A stretch of 63,553 nt of DNA, filler included, from Octopus bimaculoides (GCF_001194135.2; 5 parts of 4 records of this genome joined end to end with filler, not necessarily neighbours in it), one strand, 5' to 3'; shown: positions 12,265-24,529, counted from the whole stretch's first letter. Made by a program: numbers and translations. The notes: a model not told the origin generated them from the letters alone.

Positions 12265-12812
12265 ATGTAGAGGAAAGAAAAAAATATTTATCACCCTTTA
12301 AGTGAGTGCAGTATGCTAATACGAAAAGAGTATAAGCGCAGACATGACTGTCTAGGCAAAAGTGTGCAATGGAGTGTTAGCCGAGTCTGTGGCTTTAAAC
12401 AGGAGAAAAACTGTATAAACTCGAACCAGGGGTTGTGATAAAAAAAAAAAACAAGAATTACAAAATCTTTTGGATATCCCCATAAAAACTGATGTTATTA
12501 TAGTCAAGAAGAGCAGAATTGACCATAGAGGGAAAAATACACAAACAGCGTAAGATCATACGTTTTGCAATTATTTATTATAGCAGAGTCGATACTAAAG
12601 AAATAAAAAAAAAGAGAAATATGAAGATCTAGTGAGCGAGCTGACGAGACTGTGGAAGGCCAAGAAAAAAATCATTCCGCTAGTAATTGGTGCAGTTGGC
12701 ACAACACTAAAATTGCTACTTAAAGGACTGAAACTCGCATTGTCGACCTTCAGAAAAGTACCATCTTATATTCTGCAAGAATCCTAATGAAGATTGTTGA
12801 GATGTGATGAGA
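12265..12812 (+). mobile_element. R4/Dong-type non-LTR retrotransposon 3' relic (post-zinc-knuckle region and RLE endonuclease)
   Basis: SECSMLIRKEYKRRHDCLGKSVQWSVSRVCG and EKYEDLVSELTRLWKAKKKIIPLVIGAVGT match the RLE-LINE motifs C...EY..RHD and KY.DL..E..RLW....VIP.VIGALG. It is frameshifted. Confidence 0.85.
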
Positions 12813-12873
12813 CTTGTTGTCTCCAAACATCAAGATTAAATACCTACAAACTAAATTAGCCTGCACTAGCGTA

Positions 12874-12874
12874 A

Positions 12875-12918
<44 letters not shown>

Positions 12919-12979
12919 TCACTACTACCACCACCACCACCGCCACCAGCACCACTACTACTACTACTTCTACTACTAT

Positions 12980-13035
<56 letters not shown>

Positions 13036-13069
13036 ATAATAATAATAACAATAATGATAATAATAATTA
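12874..13069. repeat. Compound (TAC)n/(CAC)n/(TAA)n triplet microsatellite
   Basis: Direct reading. It is the source of the poly-Leu and poly-Val ORFs. Confidence 0.95.
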
Positions 13070-13084
13070 TGGTTGAAAATTATG

Positions 13085-13265
13085 GCACAAGGTCAGCAAT
13101 TTCGGGGCACGGAGTACGTCGTTTATGTTTACACCAGTGCTCAACTCATGCTTATTTTTCAACTCTTAGACTATGAAAGGCAAAGTCGACTGCAGCGGAA
13201 TTTGAACTCCGAACTTACAGACAGACGAAATGTGCTAATGTTTCTGCTAGCTTGCAGCCTTAAAA
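13085..13265 (-). mobile_element. SINE family A (diverged)
   Basis: Contains ATGAAAGGCAAAGTCGACTGCAGCGGAATTTGAACTCCGAAC...GCTAATGTTTCTGCTAGCTTGC. Confidence 0.75.
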
Positions 13266-13586
13266 ATAATAGTAATAGTAATCTTATATTACAAAAGACA
13301 AGCGGATCTCCGTGTCTGTCTGTCCTTAACAACATCTATGGTAGGGAAGAAAAAAAATGGGAAGTATCAAAATATACGTTACAAAAGAATGATAGTTTTA
13401 ACTCAACACAGATTACATAAAGCAAGACTAAATCTAATGTATCACAGTCCGACAATGGATTAGTAGGCCGAAGTTTCGAAGTCACAGACAACAACATTCT
13501 TAAATAAGTGTAATATGTATATATATATATATATATATATATNNNNNNNNNNNNNNNNNNNNNNNNNNNNNNNNNNNNNNNNNNNN

Positions 13587-13598
13587 TTAATTAATTAA
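13587..13598. other. Assembly linker TTAATTAATTAA inside a 100-bp gap
   Basis: N44-TTAATTAATTAA-N44. The identical layout occurs four times in the window. Confidence 0.9.
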
Positions 13599-13642
13599 NN
13601 NNNNNNNNNNNNNNNNNNNNNNNNNNNNNNNNNNNNNNNNNN

Positions 13643-13715
<73 letters not shown>

Positions 13716-14959
13716 ATGTATGTATGTATGTATTATGAAAAGGGAAACGAGAAATGGATTTAGCAAGAATTTTCATTCAACACAACGATCGTTTCCACCT
13801 ATCCTGCATGTGTCCCTTATTTATGGGTGGCATATTACACATTTAGTTTTGTTGCATCCTTACCTCAACCAATGCAGGTTGTGCCTCGTCGGGTGTCTTG
13901 TGTAAATACGATACATAACAACGTGTACTGAGTTTCGCATGGCATGTTGTGGTCAACCGTATAGATGTATACAAATACTTGTGAAAGTGTGGGCGCGTCT
14001 ATCAAACCAACGCTCAACAAGCTTGCTCAGTCATCCGTAACTGACCGCATAATGGCTCCGCAGCGCGGAACTTGATACCATTAATATGGCTGCCCCTATC
14101 GGTTGACATTTACTTGATGGCGCGAGTGTGTGTGTGGGGGGGAGTGGGATGTGTATATTTGTATGTGCTTGTGTGTGTGTAGTTCTGTATATGTGTTCAT
14201 GTCAACAAATGTATGCCTTTCCTTCTTTATTTTATCTTTCAGTTCATATCCTTTGTAAATATTTATTCTGTATATTTTATTCCTTTTAATCCTTCAGTTC
14301 GTATCCCTTGTCAGGTTATATCCTTTATCTTTTATTACTGTAATTTATGTTCTGTATTCATTGTCAGCTATAACCAGACCCATCTACTGGTTATGATCCA
14401 GAATTAACCCATCCTATGTCAGTGTAGCCAACATTCTACGGGCGAACGCAACATGCCAAGCGAAACTCAGCATACGTAGTAATGTATCTTATTTAAACCA
14501 CACACCTGATGAGACACAGCCTGCATTGATGGATGCAACTAAACTAAATGTACAATATCCCACCCGTAAAGCACAGATTCGGTATGGATCGAAACAATCA
14601 TTGTGTTGAATAAAGATTCTTACTCAATCGATTTCCTGTTTCCATCATTCATTGTTAACTCAACGAACACTGCGGAATTCTTGAGGAAGTGCCAGTGACA
14701 ATTATATGGTAGTTTTGGATGACATCAGGGGGCGTTAGCTGTGAAAGTGCTTTAATCGGCATACTACAAGGCATATACCCTAAGTCCAAATAACTGTTTA
14801 CATATATATGCTGATAAGCATGTGCTTATGTGGCCAAATGATCTTTGACTCTTATTTGTAGCTATACTGGTGGTCCCTGCACCCTTCGTCACCTTTTAGT
14901 GACGTTGAATTATTTCCTTCTTTACCATGAATTGCGTCTAGTCACCTTAATTATTACAT

Positions 14960-15003
<44 letters not shown>

Positions 15004-15406
15004 NNNNNNNNNNNNNNNNNNNNNNNNNNNNNNNNNNNNNNNNNNNNNNNNNNNNNNNNNNNNNNNNNNNNNNNNNNNNNNNNNNNNNNNNNNNNNNNNN
15101 NNNNNNNNNNNNNNNNNNNNNNNNNNNNNNNNNNNNNNNNNNNNNNNNNNNNNNNNNNNNNNNNNNNNNNNNNNNNNNNNNNNNNNNNNNNNNNNNNNNN
15201 NNNNNNNNNNNNNNNNNNNNNNNNNNNNNNNNNNNNNNNNNNNNNNNNNNNNNNNNNNNNNNNNNNNNNNNNNNNNNNNNNNNNNNNNNNNNNNNNNNNN
15301 NNNNNNNNNNNNNNNNNNNNNNNNNNNNNNNNNNNNNNNNNNNNNNNNNNNNNNNNNNNNNNNNNNNNNNNNNNNNNNNNNNNNNNNNNNNNNNNNNNNN
15401 NNNNNG

Positions 15407-16335
15407 GGACCTCGGAAAGGAGGTTTCGCTGTTTGAAGAGAATTGTGGAAAACGAACCCCGTTCGAAGGTTTTTGACATTGTAAAACAGCTATAGATTAG
15501 TCCAAGAGTATATGTTACATATCTGCATAAGCTTGGGTATTATGGACGAGCAGCTAGAAGAAACCTCTCCTTCAACCAATTAATATCATGAAAAGAGACA
15601 AATGGTTTAAGGAGATGTCAGAAAAATCCAGTTCATTTTGGGATAAAGTGATTTTCTCAGATGAATCCAGATTTGCATTATTTTCCGACAGTGGACGTGT
15701 TTGGGTCTGGAGGCTTCCCAATCAAGAATTTGATTTGAAACGACTCCAACCAACTGTGAAAATGGCGGTATCTCTGTAATGGTATGGGGGTACTATCACC
15801 ATCAATGGTCGTTCTGAGCTGATCGAATGTGTTGGAACCGTAAACTCTGAAAAATACAGCGAAACACTTGAGCAAGGACTACTTCCGATGTATTCACACG
15901 ATAACATAATGAAAATTGAGTTTTTATTGATGGTTGATAGGGCTCCATGCAACACAGCGAAATGGAATCAACAATGGCTGACTGAAAATGGGATCAAAAA
16001 GCTTCCTTGGCCGAGCGAATCTCGTGACATGAACCCAATTGAAAATCTTTCGAGCATACTAGATAGAGCTATAGGAAAAGCTCCACAGAAACTTAAATCT
16101 AAAGATGAATTTTTTCGATTGTTGCGTGAAAATTGGGCAGAAATTCCACAAGAGACAATCACAAAGCTAATCAGTTCAATGCTAAAAAGATTTTCTGAAT
16201 TAAAAACTGCAAAGGAAATGTCAACTAAATACTAAAGTATGTAGTCCTACCTATCGATTACATTTCAATTGTTCGCTTTGCGTATTAAAAAAAAAATGAT
16301 TTTGAAAATAAAAGGTGTTTATTTACTTCCTGCAT
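15407..16335 (+). mobile_element. Decayed Tc1-type transposon, 5' end lost in a gap
   Basis: [26 protein letters not shown]...LQPTVK (first catalytic D), then MVDRAPCNTAK and LPWPSESRDMNPIENL (second D and E regions). It has frameshifts, and no TIR pair could be confirmed. Confidence 0.9.
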
Positions 16336-16630
16336 ATATATATATATATATTCACACAGCACAATTTAAACTGTGTGACAAATAACGAGTATTAAGAATT
16401 ACATGTGTTTTCTCATTCATATATTTCATTTGTTAGTGTGGGAGTTTGGAAAAGTATTTCAGTTGCACGATGGCACTGTGTGGGCCTAGCTAATAGGAGA
16501 ATCGGGCTGAAAAAATCTCACACACCAACTCATACGTTTCCAATTACCTGATAAGTTCCGAATGGATTTCCTGAATCGTCTGGGCAACTAAATCGAGCCA
16601 TTTATATTTTATATAATATAACGTTATGTA

Positions 16631-16846
16631 AGGTGGTGAGCTGGCAGAATCGTTAGCACACCGGGCAAAATACTTAGCGGCATTTCGTCCGTCTTAACGT
16701 TCTAAGTTCAAATTCCATTGAGGTCGACTTCGCCTTTCATCCTTTCGGAGTCGATGAAATATGTACCAATTATGTACTGAGGTCTATATAATCGACTAGA
16801 CACTCCCCCTCTAATCTCAGGTCTTGGTGCCTAAAGTATAAAGGAT
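16631..16846 (+). mobile_element. SINE family A
   Basis: AGGTGGTGAGCTGGCAGAATCGTTAGCAC...AAGTTCAAATTCC...GCCTTTCATCCTTTCGGAGTCGATGAAATATGTACC. Confidence 0.9.
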
Positions 16847-16884
16847 TACTATAATTTTTGTTAATGTTGTTGTTGTTGTCGTTT

Positions 16885-17060
16885 AGGCGGTGAGCTGGCC
16901 CGCCAGAGAAAATGCGTAGCGTCATTTCGTTCGCCTTTACGTCATGAGTTTAAATGACGCGAATTAGACTTTGCATTAATAGCAGTTGTGCACTAGAGTC
17001 GATCTAATCGACTTGCCCCCCGCCGAAAATTTCAGGTTTTGCGCCTTTAGTAGAAAGGAT
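16885..17060 (+). mobile_element. SINE family A (internally deleted)
   Basis: AGGCGGTGAGCTGGC...GAGTCGATCTAATCGACTTGCCCC...TTGCGCCTTTAGTAGAAAGGATT. Confidence 0.8.
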
Positions 17061-18729
17061 TATAATTATTGTTGCTTTTATTGTTGTTGTTACTACTGCT
17101 GCCTGTATCTCTCTCCGTTCATGATCTGTAAATCAGTAAAATAGCTATAAGGAAGACGAATAAGTTCTGGAAAGGTTGGAAAGTTGAGCAATATGAATAC
17201 TAGATCATGCTTCTTCATCTACTAATTAGTTTTGTAATTTCTCAGACTAGAGTATTTTATTCTATAGGTTAACGATCAAAACATATAAGAAAGTGACCTC
17301 TGAAAGAATGCCTGGAGTTGAATTATGTATTAGGTTTAATTAACAAAACATGTTATGGAGATGTTTCTAATACAAAGGCTTATATAAACAAGTAATTAGC
17401 TTAATTAGCTTTAAATCACTAGTGTTAATCATATTAAAAATTACTTTTTATATTTAAAGTCAGCTATAATATTAATTAGATGACATTAATTTTAAGATTT
17501 AACGCTTATATCTGCCTTTCATGTTAAATTAGCTATGTACACTTGAAAGAAGGTCGCTAGGAATTATAAGCTAATGCATTATTAGACGAATAAAACTTTC
17601 GCTTGACTCTCTTCTACCAGAGTTAAATTCCCCTCGAGTGAGTTTGGTCTGTTTCTTTATTAGAAATAGAAATGTAAGAAATTATGATGATTTCTCATAG
17701 GCATTCGTAATATAATTGAAACCAAATACTTTCGCTTTGGAGTCAAAATAACATTGCTTCGAAAGAACAGAGATAAAATATAACTTTTACGCTGCTCACT
17801 TCTGTTTTCAATTACACAGAAAAGGAATACAAAGTTTTGATATTCATGCATTAGCAGCTCAAATGACGTGATTGCAACTTAAAATCCAAATCACGGACTC
17901 TATAGCTAAATTTAGGGTACTAACATAAAAACATAGTTACTCTAGTATTAATTCTGACAAGTCACCATTTCCATTTCAAAATATATTTAGAAAAAGTATT
18001 TGACTGTAGAGTAGCAAAAAAGTTAAGGACTGAAGACAAAAGGTAAATGTCCTCTTTAAATGTGGGCAGTATTTGAATATAATCTGCTGAAATATCTTGA
18101 GTTACCAATATCTAAAACAAACTATGTTGCAAAGTAAAGTATATATTTGTGATCGTATGTCTATGGCATTTCAAGTTTTCTTATAACTGGTAATTCACTC
18201 AACATATGGTATTAACCGTGTTCTGAATACGAAAATAACTTGGCACAAAAAATAAAACAATTTTTGAAAAACTACTTTTGTAATTTTATATTTAATCTGG
18301 TAATCATTGGCTAAGAAAATTGAACTTTCTATTTTTATCCCTTCCTAAGTTAACAAAGTGGACATTCAAGATCAGGCAATAAATCAATCAAACTAATAAA
18401 TGTGTCAAAAACTGTAGCATCCCAAATCCTTAAAATAGTATCCAGATTCCCTTAATTCACACTAAACTGTGATTGGATATATTTCATGAGAAAACTATGA
18501 CAAAGGAAGTTGGTGGAAAATTGATACATACGAAACGTAGTATCAATATTAGCAGTCTCAATAAGAATGTCTTTTTCATATCATAATCTACACAGAGCAA
18601 TTAATATGGAAGAGGAACTCTGCGTTGTTGTTCAGTCTTCTAGAAATAGCATCCAAATATAACTGAAATTACATTCTATCGTGAAACAAAGCTGAATCAG
18701 ATAATATATTTGTACATAACCCTTGACGA

Positions 18730-18850
18730 TGACACATGCTTTAGTGTATTGGGCTCACAATCATAAGTTCATGAGTTCGATTCTTGGGCAGAGCGGCCTG
18801 TGGTGCCCCTGTGCAAGGCACTTAATTTCACATTTCTCCAGTTTATTCAT
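18730..18850 (+). mobile_element. SINE family D head, diverged
   Basis: GCTCACAATCATAAGTTCATGAGTTCGATTC...GTGCAAGGCACTTAATTTCACATTTCTCCAG resembles the head of the 22480-22783 copy. Confidence 0.55.
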
Positions 18851-21091
18851 GTCTCTCACACTCTGTCACATATGCGATGTCCTGTGAGCTCAAGAGATGG
18901 AGAGCCGCAGGGAAGATTATATCTGTTCATCATTATAAAGGCACCCAAAACAAATAGAATAAGAACGATTCCAGCTACCATGTCATACTTGTCTGCCAGA
19001 GATGGCTGTTTTTATTTTACACACTTATAAATTAGGCAAAATTACTGAAATTTTAAAGCGTCTTATAGAGTGCCTTTCGGTATTGTTTGAAAATAAAGAC
19101 AATGTGTGGATCTAGCCTTCAAAGCCAAGTAGTGAAATTAGCGAAAAAGTACCAATCTTACTAGATATCATCAGTGAAACAGATAAGGTAGAAATATGTG
19201 TGTCTATCGCAGGTAGACTTTAGAGAAATTAAACACTCCTATCCACATTCTCTTTATTTTCTCGCTTGGCTAATATCATTGGAATTTCTGCTACTGCTTA
19301 TTCCTTATAGTTATGAGATACCCACATTGGAAGGTTTTGTTTATTAAATTAGAGCTATACTTAGCTAACCGTAATCTTTTAATTAAGTGTATAACATATT
19401 TGATACAGAATACATAAATTTTTATGCGTATTATCTAAACGCCAAAAATGCAATAACAATATATTTCAAAACATCATTTACAGTGATCTCTTGCATTGGA
19501 ACCAGTCCAAACACATGACAATAATCATACATAATAGTAATACGCAGGCAATAAATAACATAACAAAAGTTGTATTAATATAATAACTGCATATATTTCA
19601 AGTCAATCTGCATTGCAGAAAAAAGTCAGTATATATATTATTCTTAGCTGTCACGTGGTTGGCTAAACGAAAGAGAATAGCAACTGTATTTTCTTAAAAA
19701 GCAGACCGTTGCGACATGTAGATGAAACATCGAGACAAATATGCTTATCGTTCCATTTCCAATTTAAAGATTCGTAACACTTGCCTTCAAATTCTCCATG
19801 CATCAACTAGAGTTTTAACATAATATTCTAAGTCACTTTATGAGAAATTGAAGGAAAGTATTTTGATATCTACTCTTTGTTCAAGACTTTGCGTTAAATG
19901 ACAATGCTGGCTATGATAACCAGCTGTCCAAGACTTCCTTTATAACAACTTTTCTTACTAACTGGAGTTACTGAGAACTAATAAATTCTCCTTCGGATTT
20001 ATTTTTATCATAGTTGCCGAGATCAAACCACATTTTTGTCCTTGCATTTCTATTCTTACCCCAAGTTTCGTTTAATATGGCGCTTTCTATTACATGTTTA
20101 AGTGCTAAATTACTTGGTCTCTTGTCATTGCATAATTCATCATTTTTCTCATTACATATAAAATAGAATTTAATATAATAAAAATTGTCTGAAAAATGTT
20201 CACCAGAAATTTATATAGATTTTTTTGAAAGCTTCATATACTTGAAGATTATATGGAGGATAAATATGTAAAGTTTGAAGTCTATGAAGGGAAGTCTAGC
20301 GCAGAATGTTTTGAATATTGGAAGTATTTCCTTGTGTTGGTAACTACATAAATAATAACTGTAAGTGGCGATTCTTTTATCCTCTTAGAGTGGGGAAATA
20401 TGTAATCTATTCCCATCGGTTGAAAATGAAAATTATTTTTATCAATATTGTTATATTTATTTCAACTGTGCAAGATGAACTTTAGAAAGACTCATAATAT
20501 TTGTAACTATATAAATACTAAATGATAAATGGGGATTATTTATTCTCATAAATTGGTCGAATATATCGTCCGCTACATTCAGCTGAAAATCAGAATTATT
20601 TTTATCACTATCACAATAATATTCATTTCATTGGTCCAAGACGAACTTTAGAGAAACAAACTTTTTACTGGTATATTGTATAATGATTTATGGCTATGGC
20701 AAGATAATTGCATTCAGAAAGAATATTATATATTTGTTTACTATTTAGTAGTTGACGTCAACTCAAGACTTCAATGGTTTTCCTCTTGTACATCTCAGCA
20801 CGTCTTTGTTGATTATTTAATCAATATTTTCCAAAAGTTCTATTAATAAGCCTCGATTTGGAGACGTGTTGCTCTGTACCTAATTCATCATGGTTCTAAC
20901 TTAAGGTTATATTTTGCTTCACATTTGAAATATCTGGAGATATCAGTGCATCCATAAATAGAACTAACAATATAATTCCCAGTTTGCATACATATTTTTC
21001 CGGCAAGAAAATATGTAATTATATCTCGTGGGTCAATGTTTTGTACTGCACTTTCATATTTAGATACAGAGGACCATCTAATACCTTTTTA

Positions 21092-21123
21092 TATTATTAT
21101 TATCATCATCATCATCATCATCA

Positions 21124-21190
<67 letters not shown>
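21092..21190. repeat. (CAT)n(TAT)n triplet microsatellite
   Basis: Direct reading. Confidence 0.95.
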
Positions 21191-21191
<1 letters not shown>

Positions 21192-21791
21192 TCATATACG
21201 CACAACAGATTGGACTTTTGGAAAAGTAAAAATCCTAGTGGCGATAGTAGTGGTGGTGGCGGCGGCAGATTGATGGTAATGATGTGATGTTTACAACAAT
21301 ATTTCAACCCAGATATGATATTTGAAGTAATATTCTAACCTATATTTAATCAATTTAAGGATTTTACACATCTATCGATATACATACTCTATTAATCATT
21401 CCAATAAAGTTGTAGATGAATGTAGATGAATTTAATCAATAATTTTGTATGACATGAATTTGAGAAACTTTTTAATTAAAATACTTTAGCCAACCATGAT
21501 CGTAAAGTCTAGTATTTAATATAACATTAATATTTAAAATAAATGAACATTCAAAAGCTTACATATTAGGGCTGCAGTAGCGATGATTATGAGGCAGAAA
21601 TACATCGGACTGTCGGGGACGGTTTGAATAAGAACAAAAATGTGCATGCTACTCATATAAAAATATATTTTCAAATTACACATTAAATTCGAACAGTAGG
21701 TTTTCAGCACCATTAGTAATCTCTGGTCGATGATGTGTAACCTCATATCTTCGATTGAAAATATTCATAGCATCACAGCTTCTCTCTTCTA

Positions 21792-22031
21792 CAGGATATT
21801 CAAAAAAGTGTCTTTGCATACTGCGTCAGACTCTCCAAGATGTACTTCAAAACATGTGTAGAAGAGTCAACTTATGTATTGAAATTGAAGGACCACACAT
21901 TCAACACTTCTTATAAAGTTTTTTTTTAAGTATTGTAAAGTCTAATATATTCTTTTGTAGTCTTATACTATCTTATAAATATTTATTTTGCAATAAAGTA
22001 CTTACTGCGGAGAGACTTTTTGAAAACCTTG
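21792..22031 (+). mobile_element. Tc1/mariner-superfamily deletion derivative (same family as 44593-44821)
   Basis: Shares about 130 bp (TTCAAAACATGTGTAGAAGAGTCAA...TACTGCGGA.AGAC.TTTTGAA.ACC) with 44670-44821. It retains a transposase C-terminal relic, LQDVLQNMCRRVNLCIEIEGPHIQHFL*. The right TIR is clear and the left TIR is weak. Confidence 0.7.
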
Positions 22032-22479
22032 TATAATTGTAACACCGATAGATTAATCATGAAAGTGTACTGAAGACAAACGTAATAACGTTTAGGTATC
22101 TTACCAATATTTCCGTCCATTGAAAAAATTCCATGGGATTATTCAAAAAATACTTTACAAATACTTAAATTATTAAACATTAAACACTGAAACTTTGGTT
22201 TTTACATGTCTACAACGCATTGTACTATTTTGCAGTTTAATACATTGGGAACTTGAAAGTAATATGATACTGATACAGATTCAAGATCGATGGCAAAATA
22301 TGAAGGCCGAATTTTCACTGAGTCGTTTGATTGATACTACTCTTATATGCTACTGTATAGTACTATACTTTGAGTGGGGCATTTCTGCCAATTTTTTTGC
22401 ATAATTTCAAACGGTCAAAGTTTTTTATCTCAATATATTTTTACGTAAGTAAAACACCTACCGTATTCATTATTATCAT

Positions 22480-22783
22480 GCAGAACGAGGGTCACAGCTG
22501 ATACGATCAACCGAACAACTGACCCGTGAAATTAACGTGCAATGGCTGAGCACCCCACAGACACGTGTACCCTTAACGTAGTTCTAAGGGAGATTCAGCG
22601 TGACACAGAGTGTGACATGGCTGGCCATTTGAAATGCAAGTACTATTCACTTTTGCCAGCTGAGTGGACTGGAGCGACGTGAAATAAAGCGTCTTGCTCA
22701 CGGACAAAACTAGTAGCTAGGAATTGAACTCATGAACTTACGATCGTGAGCGGAATGCCCAACCTACTAAGCCACGCGCCTTC
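22480..22783 (-). mobile_element. tRNA-derived SINE family D
   Basis: The minus-strand head is GGCGCGTGGCTTAGTAGGTTGGGCATTCCGCTCACGATCGTAAGTTCATGAGTTCAATTCC. A CORE-like segment (GAGCAAGACGCTTTATTTCACG) follows, and the 3' domain is shared with 51734-52330. Confidence 0.9.
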
Positions 22784-22796
22784 ACACACGCATGTG

Positions 22797-22836
<40 letters not shown>

Positions 22837-22837
22837 C

Positions 22838-22874
<37 letters not shown>

Positions 22875-23214
22875 GGTGTGTGGACGTTATGAGTGATAGT
22901 GGTGTCAATTAGACCCAGAGGTTTCGGGTAATGCTGAGTAAGACCATATTTGAACTCCAGGTTCGGTGATTATGCGAACGAGAGGTCCAACGTAGGACAT
23001 ATATCACGTGTGAATATAAGGANNNNNNNNNNNNNNNNNNNNNNNNNNNNNNNNNNNNNNNNNNNNNNNNNNNNNNNNNNNNNNNNNNNNNNNNNNNNNN
23101 NNNNNNNNNNNNNNNNNNNNNNNNNNNNNNNNNNNNNNNNNNNNNNNNNNNNNNNNNNNNNNNNNNNNNNNNNNNNNNNNNNNNNNNNNNNNNNNNTATA
23201 TATATATATATATG

Positions 23215-24083
23215 CGAGGTCTCATCAATAAGTATCCGGAGTGTTGCTACAATAAAGAAGGTAAGCTACTTGGTAAATATTGATTGTGAACTCTGCTGTG
23301 CATGTGCACTAAGTTTTAATGTTCTACCTCACTTCTGCTATTTACAGCAGTACTTGGAAAGAATATGTGTAGCGTGTGATCGTGGCATGAGAGAGAAACT
23401 TGTCGTGGTGATAACTGTTCAAAGGCTTATGCAAAAAGCTTATGCTGAAAGTGAATGGATTGGAGTGTATGAGCCGCGCACAAGTTTACGAGAGTTTCGG
23501 CGTTTCCCAGATGGCCGACAAATGTCGATTTTTCACGAGCGTCCTGGGAGACCCACAAGCAGTAGAACTGAGAAAACACCGCATATGTGCGTGCAGCTAT
23601 GAGAGGAAATCGTCGAATCACCATGCATGAGTTATCAGATATGCAGATTAGTTACGGTACAGTTCAATCCATTATCACTGAAGATTTAGGTATGAGACTC
23701 GTGTCTGCCAATTTTGGGCCAGAACCTCTTTGAGCAGACGAAAATAACACTCGGGTTTCAGTTGCACAAGATCTTGATTGTGTCTAGAACGATGAAAACG
23801 TTTTGAAAACATTGCATAAGCCTCTGAGCAGATATGACCAAGCTTTTGGCAATATTTAATGTAGATTCTCTGCTCAACTTTCTCAGTCATGGCCAATGCA
23901 GTGATCACACGCTACACACCTTCCTTCCAAGCACTGCTGCAAACAGCGGAAATGAGCTAGAACGTTAAAACTTAGTTCACATGAACAGCAGAATGCAATA
24001 TCAATCTGTGCCAAGCAGCTTCACACTACGTGGTCTAATTTGTTACTATGGCAACAATCCGGATACTAATTGATCAGACCACG
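23215..24083. mobile_element. Mariner-derived fold-back element made of two inverted 5' ends, 869 bp
   Basis: Ends CGAGGTCTCATCAATAAGTATCCGGAGTGTTGC and (reverse complement) CGTGGTCTGATCAATTAGTATCCGGATTGTTGC, flanked by TG and TA. The plus strand has mariner HTH-region relics (FRRFPDGR...ERPGRPTSSRTE, VAQDL...NDENVLKT). The minus strand has the mariner N-terminus MTEKVEQRIYIKYCQKLG. Confidence 0.85.
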
Positions 24084-24529
24084 TATATATATATGTGTGT
24101 ATGTATATATGTATGTATGTATATATAAATATATTTATCTATGTATATATGTATGTGTGTGTCTGTGTCTGTCTCTCTGCGTCTGTAATTTATACACTTC
24201 ATGTGCTAGCTCGCACGGGAAATGATATAAATTTATTTCGCGTCGTGCATTCATTTCATGTGTCGCAAATCAGGATGTCCCAGGAAGTGAACGAACAGTA
24301 ATGTTATTACATATCTCACATATATTGCATGTATCGCCTGACTTTGTAAGAGTTATGAATTAAACAACTATAGTTTATAGAAACGTTTGTAACATCAATT
24401 TGACATCTCTTTTTCCCAATTTAAGTAAGTGTATATACTAGCTGGACCCGTAAAGAATTCACGAAAAACATAAAAAACGTAAGCATCTGTAAACAGTGTA
24501 CTGGTGCCATGAGAAATGTTTGTATATTA

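Noticed and set aside
12814-13176. Poly-Leu/Pro ORF resembling a signal or membrane protein (also 29697-30017 and 30087-30437)
   Set aside because: These are triplet microsatellite translations.
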